Origin: the human T2T-CHM13v2.0 reference genome, Homo sapiens
Length of the DNA: 64,000 bases
Assembly (NCBI RefSeq): GCF_009914755.1
Contig: NC_060947.1
Direction: 5' to 3' (one strand)
Shown here piece after piece: positions 1 to 17,679 of the stretch. Numbering within the stretch: the first letter of the stretch is position 1; each line of letters opens with the position of its first letter. The notes beneath the pieces are model-generated. The model was given only the letters and a program-made list of their open reading frames with translations. It searched no databases and was not told where the DNA came from. A program made the translations under genes and the position numbers.

Positions 1-307
1 TGTATATTTTCTTAGTTATTGCTTTGATTATTACTATGTATTTGTGAAATTACAGTCCACCAGTGTTGATATATTATATACTGAGTACCATCTTGAGTAT
101 CAGATATTATTATATTTTCATCCAATTACCAATGTGATATACAAATCTCATGCAAAATTAGAATAGTCTACTGTATGCCATATTTTTTTCTGTTATTATG
201 CTTTCTGTTTATCGTCATTTACAAGGTTTCTTCAGCCATTTCTAGAGAACAAATTTGCTATCAACAAATTGTTTTATCTTTATGAAATAAAGAAAACAGG
301 CAGTTCC

Positions 308-316
308 AAGATGGCC
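308..316 (+). promoter_or_regulatory. L1 5'UTR YY1-binding motif (AAGATGGCC)
   Basis: Canonical motif at the expected position near the L1 5' end. Confidence 0.75.
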
Positions 317-595
317 AAATAGGAACGGCTCCAATCTACAGCTCCCACCGTGAGCAATGCAGAAGACAGGTGATTTCTGCATTTCCAACTGAGGTACTGG
401 GTTCATCTCACTGGGGCATGTCAGACAGTGGGTGCAGGACAGTTGCTGCAGCCCACGGAGTGAGAGCCAAAGCAGGGTGAGACATCACCTTACCCAGAAA
501 GTGCAAGGGATCAGGGAATTCCCTTTCCTAGCCAAGGGAAGCCATGACAGACAGCACCCGGAAAATTGGGTCACTCCCACCCTAATACTGTGCTT

Positions 596-742
596 TTACA
601 AGGGTCTCAGCAAATGGCACACCAGGAGACCATATCCTGTGCCTGGCTCAGAGGGTCCCATGCCCACAGAGCCTGCTATCACCAGCAGTCTGAGATCAAA
701 CTGCAAGGTGGGCAGCAAGGCTGGGGGAGGGGCGTCCACCAT
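596..742 (-). pseudogene. ORF0: L1 antisense ORF0 homologue, degenerate
   Basis: MVDAPPPALLP...GSVGMGPSEPGTGYGLLVCHLL resembles L1 ORF0 (MAGAPPPASLP...SVGVGPSEPGVGYSLVV); early stop. Confidence 0.65.
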
Positions 743-1066
743 TGCTGAGGCTAAAGTAGGTAAACAAAGTGGCCCAGAAGCTCCAACTGGGTGGAGCCCA
801 CCGCAGCTCAAGGAGGCCTGCCTGCAACTGTAGACAACACCTCTGGGGGCAGGGCATAGACAAACAAAAGGCAGCAGAAACCTCTGCAGATTTAAATGTC
901 CCTGTCTGACAGCTTTGAAGAGAGTAGTGGTTCTCCCAGCATGGAGTTTGAGATCTGAGAATGGACAGACTGCCTCCTCAAGTGGGTCCTTCATCCCTGA
1001 GTAGCCTAACTGGGAGGCACCCCCCCCCCCCAGTAGAGGCAGACTGACACCTCACATGGCTGGGTA

Positions 1067-1195
1067 CCCCTCTGAGACAAAGCTTCCACAAGAATGATCA
1101 GGCAGCAACATTTGCTGTTCAGCAATATTCGCTGTTCGGAAGCCTCTGCTGCTGATACCCAGGCAAACAGCGTCTGGAGTGGAACTCCAGCAAAC
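1067..1195 (+). promoter_or_regulatory. 5'UTR segment absent from the youngest L1s (ZNF93-bound region of L1PA3-6)
   Basis: The segment between 'gggtac' and 'tccaacaga' is present; established knowledge places the ZNF93 site in this ~129-bp segment. Confidence 0.6.
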
Positions 1196-1323
1196 TCCAA
1201 CAGAACTGCATCTGAGGGTCCTGACTGTTAGAAGGAAAGCTAACAAACAGAAAGGACATCCACACCAAAACCCCATCTGTACGTCATGATCATCAAACAC
1301 CCAAGGAAGATAAAACCACAAAG

Positions 1324-1790
1324 ATGGGGAGAAACCAGAGCAGAAAAGCTGAAAATTATAAAAATGGGAGTGCCCCTTCTCCTCCACAGGAATGCAGATC
1401 CTCGCCAGCAATGAAACAAAGCTCGATGGAGAATGACCTTGACAAGTTGAGAGAAGAAGGCTTCAGATGGTCAAACTTCTCCAAGCTAAAGGAGGATGTT
1501 CAAACCCATCACAAAGAAGCTAAAAACCTTGAAAAAACATTAGACGAATGACTAACTAGAATAATCAGCATAGAGAAGTCCTTAAATGACCTGACAGAGC
1601 TGAAAAACATGACATGAGAACTACGTGATGCATGCACAAGCTTCAGTGGCCGATTTGATCAACTGGACGAAAGGGTATCAGTGACTGAAGATCAAATGAA
1701 TGAAATGAAGCGAGAAGAGAAGTTTAGAGAAAAAAGAGTAAAAAGAAATGAACAAAGCCTTCAAGAAATATGGGACTATGTGAAAAGACC
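1324..1790 (+). pseudogene. L1 ORF1p N-terminal half (stops; truncated after WDYVKRP)
   Basis: ORFs 1324-1551 and 1681- translate to the ORF1p N-terminus and coiled coil. Confidence 0.9.
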
Positions 1791-5350
<3,560 letters not shown>

Positions 5351-5879
5351 AATTGAACAATTAGAACACTTGGACACAGGAAAGGGAACATCATTTACTG
5401 GGGCCTGTTGTGGGGTGGTGGAATGGGGGAGGAACAGCATTAGGAGATATACCTAATGTAAATGATGAGTTAATGGGTGCAGCACACCAACATGGCACAT
5501 GTATACATATGTAACAAACCTGCACGTTGTGCACCTGTACCCTAGAACTTAAAATATATATATATATATATAAAAAATCCTAAGTCAAACCATGAAAAAA
5601 AAAGAAAACCAAGTATAGTTTAATTTATTTTATCTTCTCTGCATTTTCAATGTAATTTTGTTAAGTATTTCCTCTATCTACACTGATTATTATATAAGAT
5701 AATGTTATGTGTACTTCAGCTGTGAGACATGATTTAAGAACTTCATTTACTCCTACATTTACTCCATCAACATTTCTTTTTAAATAATATTCCAAGCCAT
5801 TTTTTGGTTTTATATGTTTTCATTTGAAGAATTTCATTTAATTGTTCTTCAACTGTAGAGTATTTTAATTTAAAAAAAT

Positions 5880-6250
5880 TTTAATAAAACACATAACATA
5901 AAATTTACCATATTAATAATTTAAGAGCACAGTTCAATATTTTTATGGATATGCATTTTGTTCTGCAACCAAACTCCAGAAATTTTTTTATCTTGCAAAA
6001 CTGAAGCCATACCTATTAAACAACAAGTCTTCCTTTTATTCCCATCCCTTGATAAACATCATTCTACTTTGAGTTTCAATGAATTCTTCTACTTTAGATA
6101 ATGCACAAAATTTGGATCATGTAGTATTCATTTTTTCTCGTTGGCTTATATTATTTAGCATAATGTCTTCAAGATTTATTGAAGTTGAAGCATATAATGG
6201 GATTTTCTTCCTTTTTAAGGCTTAATATTGTTTCATTGTATGTACATTCC
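5880..6250 (-). mobile_element. Old L1MB-like 3' end fragment
   Basis: 'aaaacacataacataaaatttaccat...ttttatcttgcaaaactgaa' resembles the antisense of an L1MB 3'UTR. Confidence 0.65.
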
Positions 6251-7607
6251 AAGTGTATATTTTAAGATAATTTAGTTGTCTAAGAGTTTCTTTTCCCAAA
6301 AGTGCCTTTTAAAAATTATTATAAAAGGTTCATGTGCTACATGTGCATGTCTGTTACATGCATATACTGTGTCATTATGAGATTTATGTTTCTACTTTAA
6401 TCATCACCTGAATAGTGAACATTGTAACAAATAGGTCATTTTTCAACACTCACCCTTTTCCATTTTAACCTCTTTGATGTCTATAATTTTTTTCATGTAT
6501 GTCTATGTGTACCCATTTCTTAATAAATGAGATCACACAATATTTGTTTATCTGCTTCTGAGTTATGTCACTTAAGATACTAGCCTCCAGCTCAATCTGT
6601 CTTGCTGTAAATGCATGATTTTAAATTTTATGGATGCACAGTATTTTCTGGTATATATATATAGCACACTTTCTTTATCAAATCCACCATCAGTGGTAAC
6701 CTGAGTTGATTTTCATGGCATTGCTATTTTAAATAATGTGGTGATAAGCATATGAGTGCAGGTGTGTTTTTTATATAATTATTTATTTTCCTTCAGATAG
6801 AAAACCAGTAGCAGAATTGTTAGAATGAATAACAGTTCTATTTTAGGATCTTTGACAAATTTCTAGGCTGTTTTCCATAAGGTTTCACTAATTTACATTC
6901 CCACCAACAGTGTAAAAGTGTTTCCTTTTCTCTGCCTCTTCAACATCTGTTTTGTTGTTTTTTGCCTTTTCAGTAATAAACATTCTGAGTAGTCTGAGTA
7001 GAAACTCATTGTAGTTTTAGTTTGTATTATACTAATAATTAGTGATGTTAAGCATTTTCTCATGTGTTTCTTGCCTGCTTGTATGTCTAATTTTGAGAAA
7101 TATCTCTTCATATACTTTGGCGACTTTTAATGAGATTATTTGTTTTTTCCTCTTGAGTTGTTTGGGTTCCTTGTAGATTATAGATGTTAGTAATCTGTCA
7201 GATGCTAAGTTTCCAAATATTTTCTCCCATTTTATAGGTTTTCTGCTTTTTTTGATAATTGTCTTTTTTGCTGTGCAGAAGGTTTAGAGTTTAATTAAGT
7301 ACCATTTGTCTATTTATGAGTTTGTTGCATTTGGTTTTTTGGTCTTACTAACAAATTTGTTGCCTAGGCAAGTTTTCAAGAGTAGTTTCTAAATTTTTAC
7401 GGGTTCAGGTCTTACATTTAAATCTTTAATGTATCTTGAATTAATTTTTGTATAAGGTGTGAGAGAGGGTTTAGTTTTATTCTTTTGCATATGGGTTTTC
7501 TGTTTTCTCAGCATCATTTATTGAACGGAATGTACTTTTCCAATTATATATTTGTGTTGACTTTGTCAAAGATTATTTGAGAATAAGTATTTGGTTTTAT
7601 TTCTTGC

Positions 7608-7660
7608 ATTCTATTCTATTCTATTCTATTCTATTCTATTCTATTCTATTCTATTCTATT
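7608..7660. repeat. (CTATT)n microsatellite grown from the L1 'tctattct' motif
   Basis: Seen directly. Confidence 0.95.
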
Positions 7661-8395
7661 TATATTCCATTGATCTATATGTCTACTTTTGTACCAGTAC
7701 CATTCTGTTTTGATTAATACTGCCTTGTAGTACAGTTTGAAGTCAGGTAATGTGATGCCTCCAGCTTTGTTTTAATGTTGAGTTGCTTTGGTTGTTTAGG
7801 ATTTTATTTGGTTGCATATAATTTTTAGCATTTTTTCATAATTCTATAAAATACGACATTGGTAATTTGATAAATATTGCCCTAAATCCGTAGATTGTTT
7901 TGAGCAGTATGGTCATTTTATAATATTGATTCTTCCAATCCAAGAGCATATGATATTTTTTCTATTTGTTTGTGTGACTTATGATTTCTTTTATCAGTGT
8001 TTAGTAATTTTCCTTGTATAGATCTTTCATCTCCTTCATTAACTTTATTCCAGAATAATTTGTGTGTGTGTGTGCCTTTTGTAAATGGTATTGAGTTTTT
8101 TATCTGATTCTCAATCTGAAGGTTATTGTTATATAGAAACACTACTGATTATTGTAACCAGAAACTGAATTTATTTATCAAATCTAGTAGTCTTTCAAAA
8201 GAGTGTTTAGAGTTTTCTAGAGATAAAAATAATTTTACAAGCAAACAGAGATACTCCAACTTCCTCTTTTTTTAATTTGGATGCATGTTGTTTCTTTCTC
8301 TTTCTTTACTGCTCTGTTTGGGACTTCTGGTACTATGTTGAATGAGAGTGCCAAGCATAGGCATCCTCGTTATAACCCTGTTCTTAAAGAAAATG

Positions 8396-10673
8396 TGTAT
8401 TAGTCTGTTCTCACGCTGCTAATACAGACATACTGAAGACAGGGTAATTTATAAAGGATAGAGGTTTAATTGACTCACAGCTCCACATGACTGAACAGGC
8501 CTCATAATCATGGCAGAATGTGAATGAAGAGCAAAGTCATGTCTTCCATGGTGGCAGGCAAGAGAGCTTGTGCAGGGCAATTCCCATTTATAAAACAATC
8601 AGATCTCATGAGACTTACTACCACAAGAACAGGATGGGGGAAATCACTCTTATGATTCAATTATCTCCACCTGAACCTTGACACATGAGAATTATTATAA
8701 TTCAAGGTGAGGCTTGGGTGAGGAAACAGGCAAACCATTTTATTCTGCCCCTGGCCCCTCCCAAATCTCAGGTCCTCATATTTCAAATCCAATCATGCCT
8801 TCCCAACAGTCCCCCAAATTCTTAACTCATTCCAGCATTAACCCAAATGTCCACAGTCCAAAGTCTCATCTGAGATTAGGTAAGTTTCTTCCTCCTATGA
8901 GTCTGTAAAATAAAAAGCAAGTTAGGTTCTTTTTAGATACAATGGGGGTACAGGCATTGGGTAAGTAGACCTGTTCCAAATGGGAGAAACTGGCCAAAAC
9001 AAAAGAGCTACAGGTCCCACACAAGTCCAAAATGCAGCAGGGCAGCCAAATCTTAAAGTTTCAAAATGATCTCCCTTGACTCCAGGTCTCACATCTAGGT
9101 CACACTGATCTAAGTGGTAGGTTCCCATGTTCTGGAGCAGCTCCACCCCTGTGGCTTTGCAGGGTACAGCTCCCCTCCTGGCTGGCTTCATGGGCTAGTG
9201 TTGAGTGTCTGTAACTTTTCCAGGTACATGGTGCAAGCTGTCAGTGTATCTTCCATTTTTGGGTCTGGAGGATGGTGACCTTCTTCTCATAACTCCACTA
9301 GGCAGTGCCCCAGTGGGGACTCTGTGTGGGGGCTCCAACCCCTCATTTCCCTTCTGCATTGCCCTAGCAGAGATTCTCCATGAGGGCCCTGCCTGGGCAG
9401 TGAACTTCTGCCTGGACATCCAGGCGTTTCCATAAGTCCTCTGAAATCTAGATGGAAGTTCCCAAACCTCAATTCTTGTCTTTTGTGTACCCATAGGCTC
9501 AACACCCGGTGGAAGCTGCCAAAGCTTGGGGCTTGCACACTCTAAAACCATGACCTGAGCTGCAAGTTGGCTTCTTTTAGCCATGGCTGGGATGTAGGGC
9601 ACCAAGTCCAAAGAATGCACAAAGCAGGAAGGTTCAGGCCCCAGCCCACAAAACAATTTTCCCTCCTAGGCCCACGCCCTGGAGACCTTTCCCCCATTGT
9701 ATTTATGATTAACTTTTGGATCCTCTTTTTTTTATACAAATTTTTGAATACAGCTTGAATTTATCCTCTGAAAATGGGGTTTTCTTTTCTATTGTCTTTT
9801 CAGGCTGCAAATTTTTCAAACTTTTATGCTCTGTTTCCATTTTAAACATAAGTTCTAATTCCAAACCATATATTTGTGAATACATAAAACTGAATGCTTT
9901 TAACAGCACCTCTTGAATCACCTCTTGAATGCTTTGCTGCTTAGAAATTTCTTCCGCCAGATACCCTAAATCTTTTATCTGAAGTTCAAAGATCCACAGA
10001 TCTCTAGGGCAGGAGCAAAATATTACTAGTCTCTTTGCTAAGGCATAATAAGAGTAAGTCATCTTTTCTCCAGTTCCCAACAAGTTCCTCAACTCCATCT
10101 GAGACCACCTCAGCCTAGACTTTGTTATCCATAGCACTATCAACTTTTTGGTCAAAGCCATTCAACAAGTCTCTAAATACTTCCAAAGTTTCCCATATTT
10201 TTGTGTCATCTGAGCCCTCCAAACTGTTGCAACCTCTGCCTGTTACTCATTTCCAAAATCACTTCCACATTTTCAGGTATCTTTACAGCAGCACCACACA
10301 GCTTGGTACCCATTTACTGTATTAGTCTGTTCTCATACTGCTAATAAAGACATGCCCAAGACTGGGTAATTTACAAAGAAAATAGGTTTAATTGACTCAC
10401 AGTTCCACATGGCTGGGGAGGCCTCACAATCATAGCAGAAGGTGAATGAGGAGCAAAGTCATGTCTTACATGGCAGCAGGCAGTAGAGCTTGTGCAGGGT
10501 AACTCTCAGATATAAAATCATCAGATCTCGTGAGATTTATTCACTACCCCAAGAGCAGCATGGGGAAAACTCCCTCAATGATTCAATTATTTTCACATGG
10601 CACCACCTTTGACATTTGAGGATTATTACACTTCCCAGTGAGATTTGGTTGGAGACCCAGCCAAACCATATCA
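8396..10673 (-). mobile_element. Complete THE1-family (ERVL-MaLR) provirus: LTR 8396-8742, internal 8743-10317, LTR 10318-10673
   Basis: Two LTRs starting 'tgtattagtc'; 5-bp TSD aaatg/aaacg (CpG decay); MaLR internal ORF remnant 'CPRDLW.FEL...LGYLAEEISKQQSIQ' (9709-10161); host L1 is contiguous across the insertion. Confidence 0.93.
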
Positions 10674-12727
10674 AAACGCTTTCAACTTTACTCCATTTAG
10701 TATGAGGTTAGTTAGTTGTTTGTCGTATGTGGCTCTTATTATTTTGAGGTATGTTCCTTCAATGCCTAGCTTGTTGAAGGTTCTTCTCATGAAAGGATGT
10801 TGGATCTTATCAAATATTTTTTCTAATCTATTGAGATAATACTGTTCATTTTATTTTTAATTATCTTTATGTGGAAAAAAATTTATGTAGAAAATCACAT
10901 TTATTAATTACTATATATATTGAACCATCTTTGCATCTCTGGAATAAAACCCACTTGATTGTGATGAGTTATTTTCTTGTTGGGCTGTTAAAGTCACTTT
11001 GCTAGTAATTTGCTCAGGTTTTTTACATCTATGTTCATCAGAGCTATTGGCTTACTGTTTGTTGTTGTTGTTGTTTCTTTGCCTGATTTTGCTATTTGGG
11101 CAATAGTGGTTTTGTGCAATGATTTATGGATGAATCACTCATGCCTGAATTTTTTATATCATTTCAGTAAGATGGGCAACAGCTTTTCTTTGTAAGTCTG
11201 ATAAAATTCAGCTCTGGAATAATCTGATTTGGGGATTTTATTGTTTTGATTTTTTTATTATGGATTCAATTTTCATTACTTATTATTCATCTAGTCTACA
11301 TTTCTATCTGTTTCTGGTTCATTCCTGGAAGGTTTCATGTTTCCCAGAGTTTATCTGTTTCTCTAATTTTTCTAGTTTTTTTTTTAATTAGACATGCTTA
11401 TAGTAGTATCTGGAGATGTTTTGTATTTTTGTGGTATTAGATGTAATATCACTTCTATCATTTCTGACTTTACTTTCTTGAATCTCATCTTTTTTCTTAG
11501 TTAATTTAGCTAGTTGTCTATCAGTTTTGTTTAATCTTCTAAAAAACAACATTTTGTTTTGATACTTTTTAATCATATTTTGTCTCAATTTTATTTAGAT
11601 GTGTGCTGAAATTGTTATTTTTCTGCTAGCTTTGGGTTTTATTTGTTCTTGTTTTGTAATTATTTGAGGTGCCATGTTAGGTTGCTAATTTGATGTCTTT
11701 TTTGATGTAGGCATTTAACAATCTAAACTTTTCTCTTAGCACAGTATTTGCTGTATCACAGAGGTTTCAGTATATTGCATCTCTATTTCATTTGTTTCAA
11801 AAAATTTATTTATGTCTACCTCTAGTTGGTTATTCAAAGTTAACTCAGGAACAAGTTGTTTAGTTTTTATTTAATTGTGCGGTTTTGAGACTTTCTCTTG
11901 GTCATGATTTCTAATTTCATTTTGCTTTGATGTGAGAAGATATTTTAGATTATTTTAATGTTTTTAGCTTATTGGCACTTTATGGCCGAGCACATGGTCT
12001 ATTTTGGAGACTATTCTATGTGCATATGAGAAACATATATATTCTGCAATTATCTGGGTATAATGTTGGAAAAATATCTATTAGGTCCTTTTGATCTATG
12101 GTCATGTTTATGTCCAGAGTTACATTGTTGATTTTCTGCCACAATGATCTGTCTAGTGCTGTCATTGGGGTGTTGAAATTTTTATTATTATTATATATTT
12201 GTCTATCTTTTATCTTAGATCTAGTAGTATTAGTTTTATAAATCTCTGTGTTACAGTTTTGGGTTTATATATACTTAGTGTAGTTAAAACTCTTTGTTGA
12301 ATGGAACCTTTTTTTATTATATACTGACTTTCTTTGTCTTTTTGTACTATTGTTGATTCAAAGTCTGATTTTATCTGATATGAGTATAGCTACTAGTGCT
12401 CATTTTCATTTTCCCTTTGCATGATGTAACTTATTTCACCCTTCTACTTTGAAACTTTAGGTGCCTTTGCTTGTTAGGTGGGTCTGTTGTGGTTACCAAA
12501 TCATTGAATCTTGATTTTCTATCTATTTTTTCCAGTCTACATGTTTTAAGTAGAACATTTGGGCCATTTATTTTCAAAGTTAATATAATATGTGAGGGTT
12601 TGTTCCCATCATAGTGTTTTTAGCTAGTTTCTTTGTCATTTCAATTGTGTAATTGCTTTATAGAATCTGTGATCTTTGTACTTACATGTGATTTTATGAT
12701 GGTGAATATCATTCTTTTGTGTCAGTG

Positions 12728-13086
12728 TGTATTAGCCCATTCTCACCCTGCTATGAAAAAATACCAGAGACTGGATAATTTATAAAGGAAAGAGGTTTAA
12801 TTGACTCACAGTTCTGCATTTCCAGGGAGGCCTCAGGAAACTTACAATCATGGTAAATAAGAAGCAGACACCTTCTTCTCAGGGCAGCAGGATGGAATTT
12901 GTGCAAGCAGGAGAAATGCCGGATGATTACAAAACCATCAGATCACTCACTATCACAAGAACAGCATGGGGGAACTTGCCCTCATGATCTAGCTACCTCC
13001 ACCTAGTCCTGCCCTTGACACATGGGGATTATGGGGATTACAATTCAAGATGAGATTTTTTGGGGGGACACAGCCAAACCGTATCA
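12728..13086 (-). mobile_element. Solo MaLR LTR (THE1D/MSTA-like)
   Basis: tgtattag...ccgtatca termini, 'gaggcctcaggaaacttacaatc' motif, TSD cagtg/caatg. Confidence 0.9.
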
Positions 13087-16000
13087 CAATGCTTAGGACT
13101 TCTTTGAGCATTTCTTGTAAAGGCTGTATAACAATGACAAACTCTCCTAACATTACTTGTCTGAGGAAGATTTAATTTTCCCTTTATTTATGAAACTCAG
13201 TTTGGAAAAATATAAAATCCTTGGATGACATTTTTTTCTTTAATAAGGTTGAAAATAGTCCCTGAGTGTCTTCTGGCTCGTAAGGTTCCATGAAGAAGTT
13301 CACTATTAGTCTGATGGGGTTGCATTTGTAAGTAATTTGATGCTTCTCTCTAGCTGCTTTTAAGATGTTTTTTCACATTAATATTGGAGAGTATGATGAC
13401 TATATGTCTTGATGCTGTTCATCTTGCATAATATCTTCCAGGTGTTTTCTGATCTACAACTCTAGCAAGGTTACAGAAATTTTCCCAAATTATCACCCCA
13501 AATAGGTTTTCCAAACTTTTCTTTTTTCTTTTTTACCTCTCAGGAATACCTGTAAGTCATACATTTGGTTGCTTTACACAATCCCATATTTCTTGAAGTC
13601 TTTGTTCATTTTTATTTTTTTCTTTATGTTTGAATGGGTTAATTTGAAAGACTGGACTTCAAGATCTGTAATTTTTTCTGCTTGATCTAGTATAATTTTA
13701 ATGCTTTCAACTATATTTTGAAATTCTTCAGTAAATTTTTGATTTCCAAATTTTAGATTGTTTATTTATTTCATCTTTCATATAATTAATCATCTTTCAA
13801 AATTTTTTCCTGAATCTCTGACCTTCCTTAAAATCTATATTTTCAATGCTTTACCTTTCATTTCAAAAGTTTCATTGCAGTTAAGATCCATTGCTAGAGA
13901 GCTCATATGTTCCACTGGAGGTATCACAACACACTGTTTCTTCATGGTGTTGGAGTTCTTATGCTATGTCCTTTTTATATGAAGAAGCTGTCACTATTTA
14001 TTTTGGAATTCACTTTCAGTTCTGTGGAAATTTTTCCCCATTGAGGGTAAGACCTTTGCTTATGTTGAGTAGGGTCCTTTGGCTTTGCTTGTTAGTGCCT
14101 TATGAGGCCAAAGCTTTTGATTAATTCCTTGGTGATAAATAGCTTTAGTGTAGTGGTTTTCTCCAGTGCTATTTGTAGGTTGTAGTAGTGGTGTGTTGTG
14201 TATGCAAGCAGATGCACTGTCTTCTGCAGAGATGAGAGGGTGGAGCTCTTGGGAGGCTACTCTCGTTTTTCGGTTCGGTGCACTTCGGGAAGCAGGAATT
14301 ATATTGAGCCGTGCAGTTTACCCTTCAGGCCAGTAATTGACACTTGTGGATAAGAGTCTCCCAAGCACTGTAAATGGTGTCAGCAGTTTAATGGGCCATG
14401 CAGGTTAACCTCTTAGCAAGTCAGTGGTTCTTGCAGGCTAAAGGCATTTGTGGGGGTGGTAGCAGAATTTTGGTTGGCTACTGGTCATCAGGGGAATTAC
14501 CAGAGTATCTTGTGCAATAGGCGGGGCTATGAGGCTTCCAGTGTTTCCTGTTTTGTGCTATCCTGCCAAGGAGGCTGGAGGTTGCAAAGCTAGCTGGGAG
14601 TGGGTTAGCAAGCCTGCGACAAGGCTCTCTGACTTGTGAGAAGGGGGCAACTTTGGTTATGGTCCAGGGGCAGCATTCAGACTACTTGGACAACTCTCCA
14701 GGGAGGGACAGAAACATCTCTCCTACGTCACAGACCTTGCTTAGGGGAAGAGGAGTGACCCAGGTTTTGCAGCCCAGCAGAGAGCAGTGGGACCTTCCCA
14801 GTTCCCATGCAATTCCCCCCAGCATGTAGCTGCTGGTGGTAGGCCAGGAGAGTAAGGCTTGTCCCAGACAATCTGAATTCAGTTCGTAGAGATGTTCCAG
14901 ATGTTTTGAGATGCAAGACACCCTGAAAAAGAAACCATGGCTATCAGGCCACAACCTTCCTGGCCCAGTCTTACTAATGGAGGGGCACTCATCCCCTTCG
15001 CCCCTACAAAAAGCTATGTTACACTCTTCTCTGTGTTTTGACAGTAGGGGCTTCTCCTGGCTTCAAACTCAGGACACAAATCTTATCTCCATTCCTCTGC
15101 CTGGTGAGCTCAAGTCCAGATGAACTTGAACCAGACCCATGGATTTGTTTTCTCTTACCTCCAGCTCAACCACTGGCTGTTATAAGGAAGCTTGAAGTGC
15201 TCCAAAGCTATCAAAAAACTCTCAGGGGAGGCAATGGTGGCTATGCTCTGGCCCCCCCGCTTGAAGAAACAAGTAGACAGGTAATCTTGAGAGAGACCGC
15301 CAGGCATAGGGTGTGTGTTTCTGATGCATCTCAATCCTGCAGCAATGGTGACCAAGTCTGTCTTTGGTGCACATTATAGTGACTGGACCCTGTCCTCTCC
15401 CCAAACTGGCTGACATCAGCAGTTTCAGGAGGTCAGGGAAGAACACAGTGCCTTGGTGATTAGGCACCCAGAGTCATGCTTTGCTGCAGCTACCCAGTGA
15501 ACTCAAGCCTTTGGGGCTCCACACAAGTTTCAGCAGTTCCTCTGAGTGGTAATCCAGTAAATTGCTTGGCCAATCTAAAGGTCTGCAGCAGTCATGGAAT
15601 TCTGTAGCTAGAATCTCAGTGGGAATATGGTGACCTGGGGTTTCCTCACACACCCATTCCTGGATCTGGGTCCATAATCTGGTTCTGGCACCCAACAACA
15701 TTGAACAGGCAACCAGGCTTTCTGACTCTTCAACTGTGTTGTCTTCCATCACCTCTCTGTTGAATCATACTGTTTTTTTTTTCTCAAAAGATCCATTTTA
15801 AATGTGAATATTTACCTGATATTTTGGTTTCTCTCCATGAAAGAGAAATATTGCATCTAGTAAGCTGTCTTAAACCATCCTCTTAAGAGTATCTTCATTT
15901 TCCCTTACTCCCTGAAGGATATTTAACTGGGTTTAATTTTGATTGACAGATTTTATCTTTCAGCAATTAAAAATTATTGCCCTGAATATACATTTCTAAG

Positions 16001-16591
16001 AATACAACATACAAATGGCCAGCAGATAAAAGGCAAATTACTCAACATTACTAATCATTAGGAAAAGGCAAACAAATCAAAACCAAAATGAGATATCACT
16101 TTGCCTTAGAATGAACTATAAGAATGAGTTAGAATGACTATCAGAAAATTAGCAAATTCTGGTGAGGATATGGAGAAAGGAGAACTGTTATATACTCTCG
16201 GTATGAATATAAATTAGTACAGCTATCATGATAAAAAGTATGGAGATTCCTCAAAAAATCAAAAACAACTACTATATGATTCAACAATCTGTGTGTTGGG
16301 TACATAGAAAGTCGTGGAAGCCAGCATGTCAAAAAAAAAAAAAAATCTGCACTCCATGTTTGTTGCAGCACTATTCACAGTAGCAAAGAGATGAAATTAA
16401 CCTACATGTCCATCAATAGATGAATGGGTAAAGAAAAAGTGATATACATACAACATGGGATGCTATTCAGCCCTGAAAAATAATAAAATTATGTTATTTG
16501 TGGCAACATGGATGAACCTGGAAGACATAATGTTAAGGAAAATCAGCCAGACACAGAAAGACAAATACCGCATAACGTCACTCATATGTGA

Positions 16592-16798
16592 TTTTTTTTT
16601 TCCAAAATGGAGTCTCAATCTGTTGCCAAGGCTGGAGTGCAGTGGTGCGATCTCGGCTCAGCCTCCCAGGTTCAAGCGATTATCCTCCCTCCACCTCCCG
16701 AGTAGCTGGGATTACAGGCACATGCCACTACACCCAGCTAATTTTTGTATTTTTAGTAGAGACAGGGTTTCACCATGTCGGCCAGTCTGGTCTTGAAT
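16592..16798 (-). mobile_element. 5'-truncated AluS
   Basis: Antisense right arm and linker; imperfect TSD atatgtgattt/atatgtaattt. Confidence 0.9.
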
Positions 16799-16937
16799 CG
16801 TATATGTAATTTTAAAATGTTAGTCTCATAGAAGTAGAGAGTAGAAGAGTAATTACAAGAGGCTGGGGAAAGGAGAAAAGGAAAAATGAAGAGAGTTCGG
16901 TCAATGGGTACAAAATTATAGTTATATAAAAAGAGTA

Positions 16938-17291
<354 letters not shown>

Positions 17292-17679
17292 CTAATACAA
17301 GGGTATTGATTTTTAAAAATTGTATATTGCAAAGTAGCTAGAAAAAAGAATTTTGAAACTTATCACCAAAAAGAAATGATAAATATTTGAGGTAATTAAC
17401 ATGCTAACTTCCCTGATTTGATTATTATATAAGATGCACATGTATTGAAATATTATACCAAGAAATATGTAAATTTATGTCATTAATGAAAAAACTTCTA
17501 AGAATTAAAAGTGAAAACATTAACTCTTGCAGCACTTGCTTCAGGTATTCTTGTGTAATCTAGTTTTTGTATAAACATAGATTTGGAAATTATGTATTTT
17601 AAATATATACAAATATATATTTATATATACATACATATATTTATACACATATATTTATAATATACAGATTTTATATGTA

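Larger units (their letters stand above)
6310..15875 (-). mobile_element. Old near-full-length L1 (L1PB/L1PA15-16-like), interrupted by a THE1 provirus and a solo LTR
   Basis: Antisense 3'UTR at about 6320; minus-strand ORF2-like peptides (6893-7111, 7918-8142, 11388-11588); GC-richer 5'UTR at 14.1-15.9 kb ending 'gcatctagtaagctgtctt'. Confidence 0.85.
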
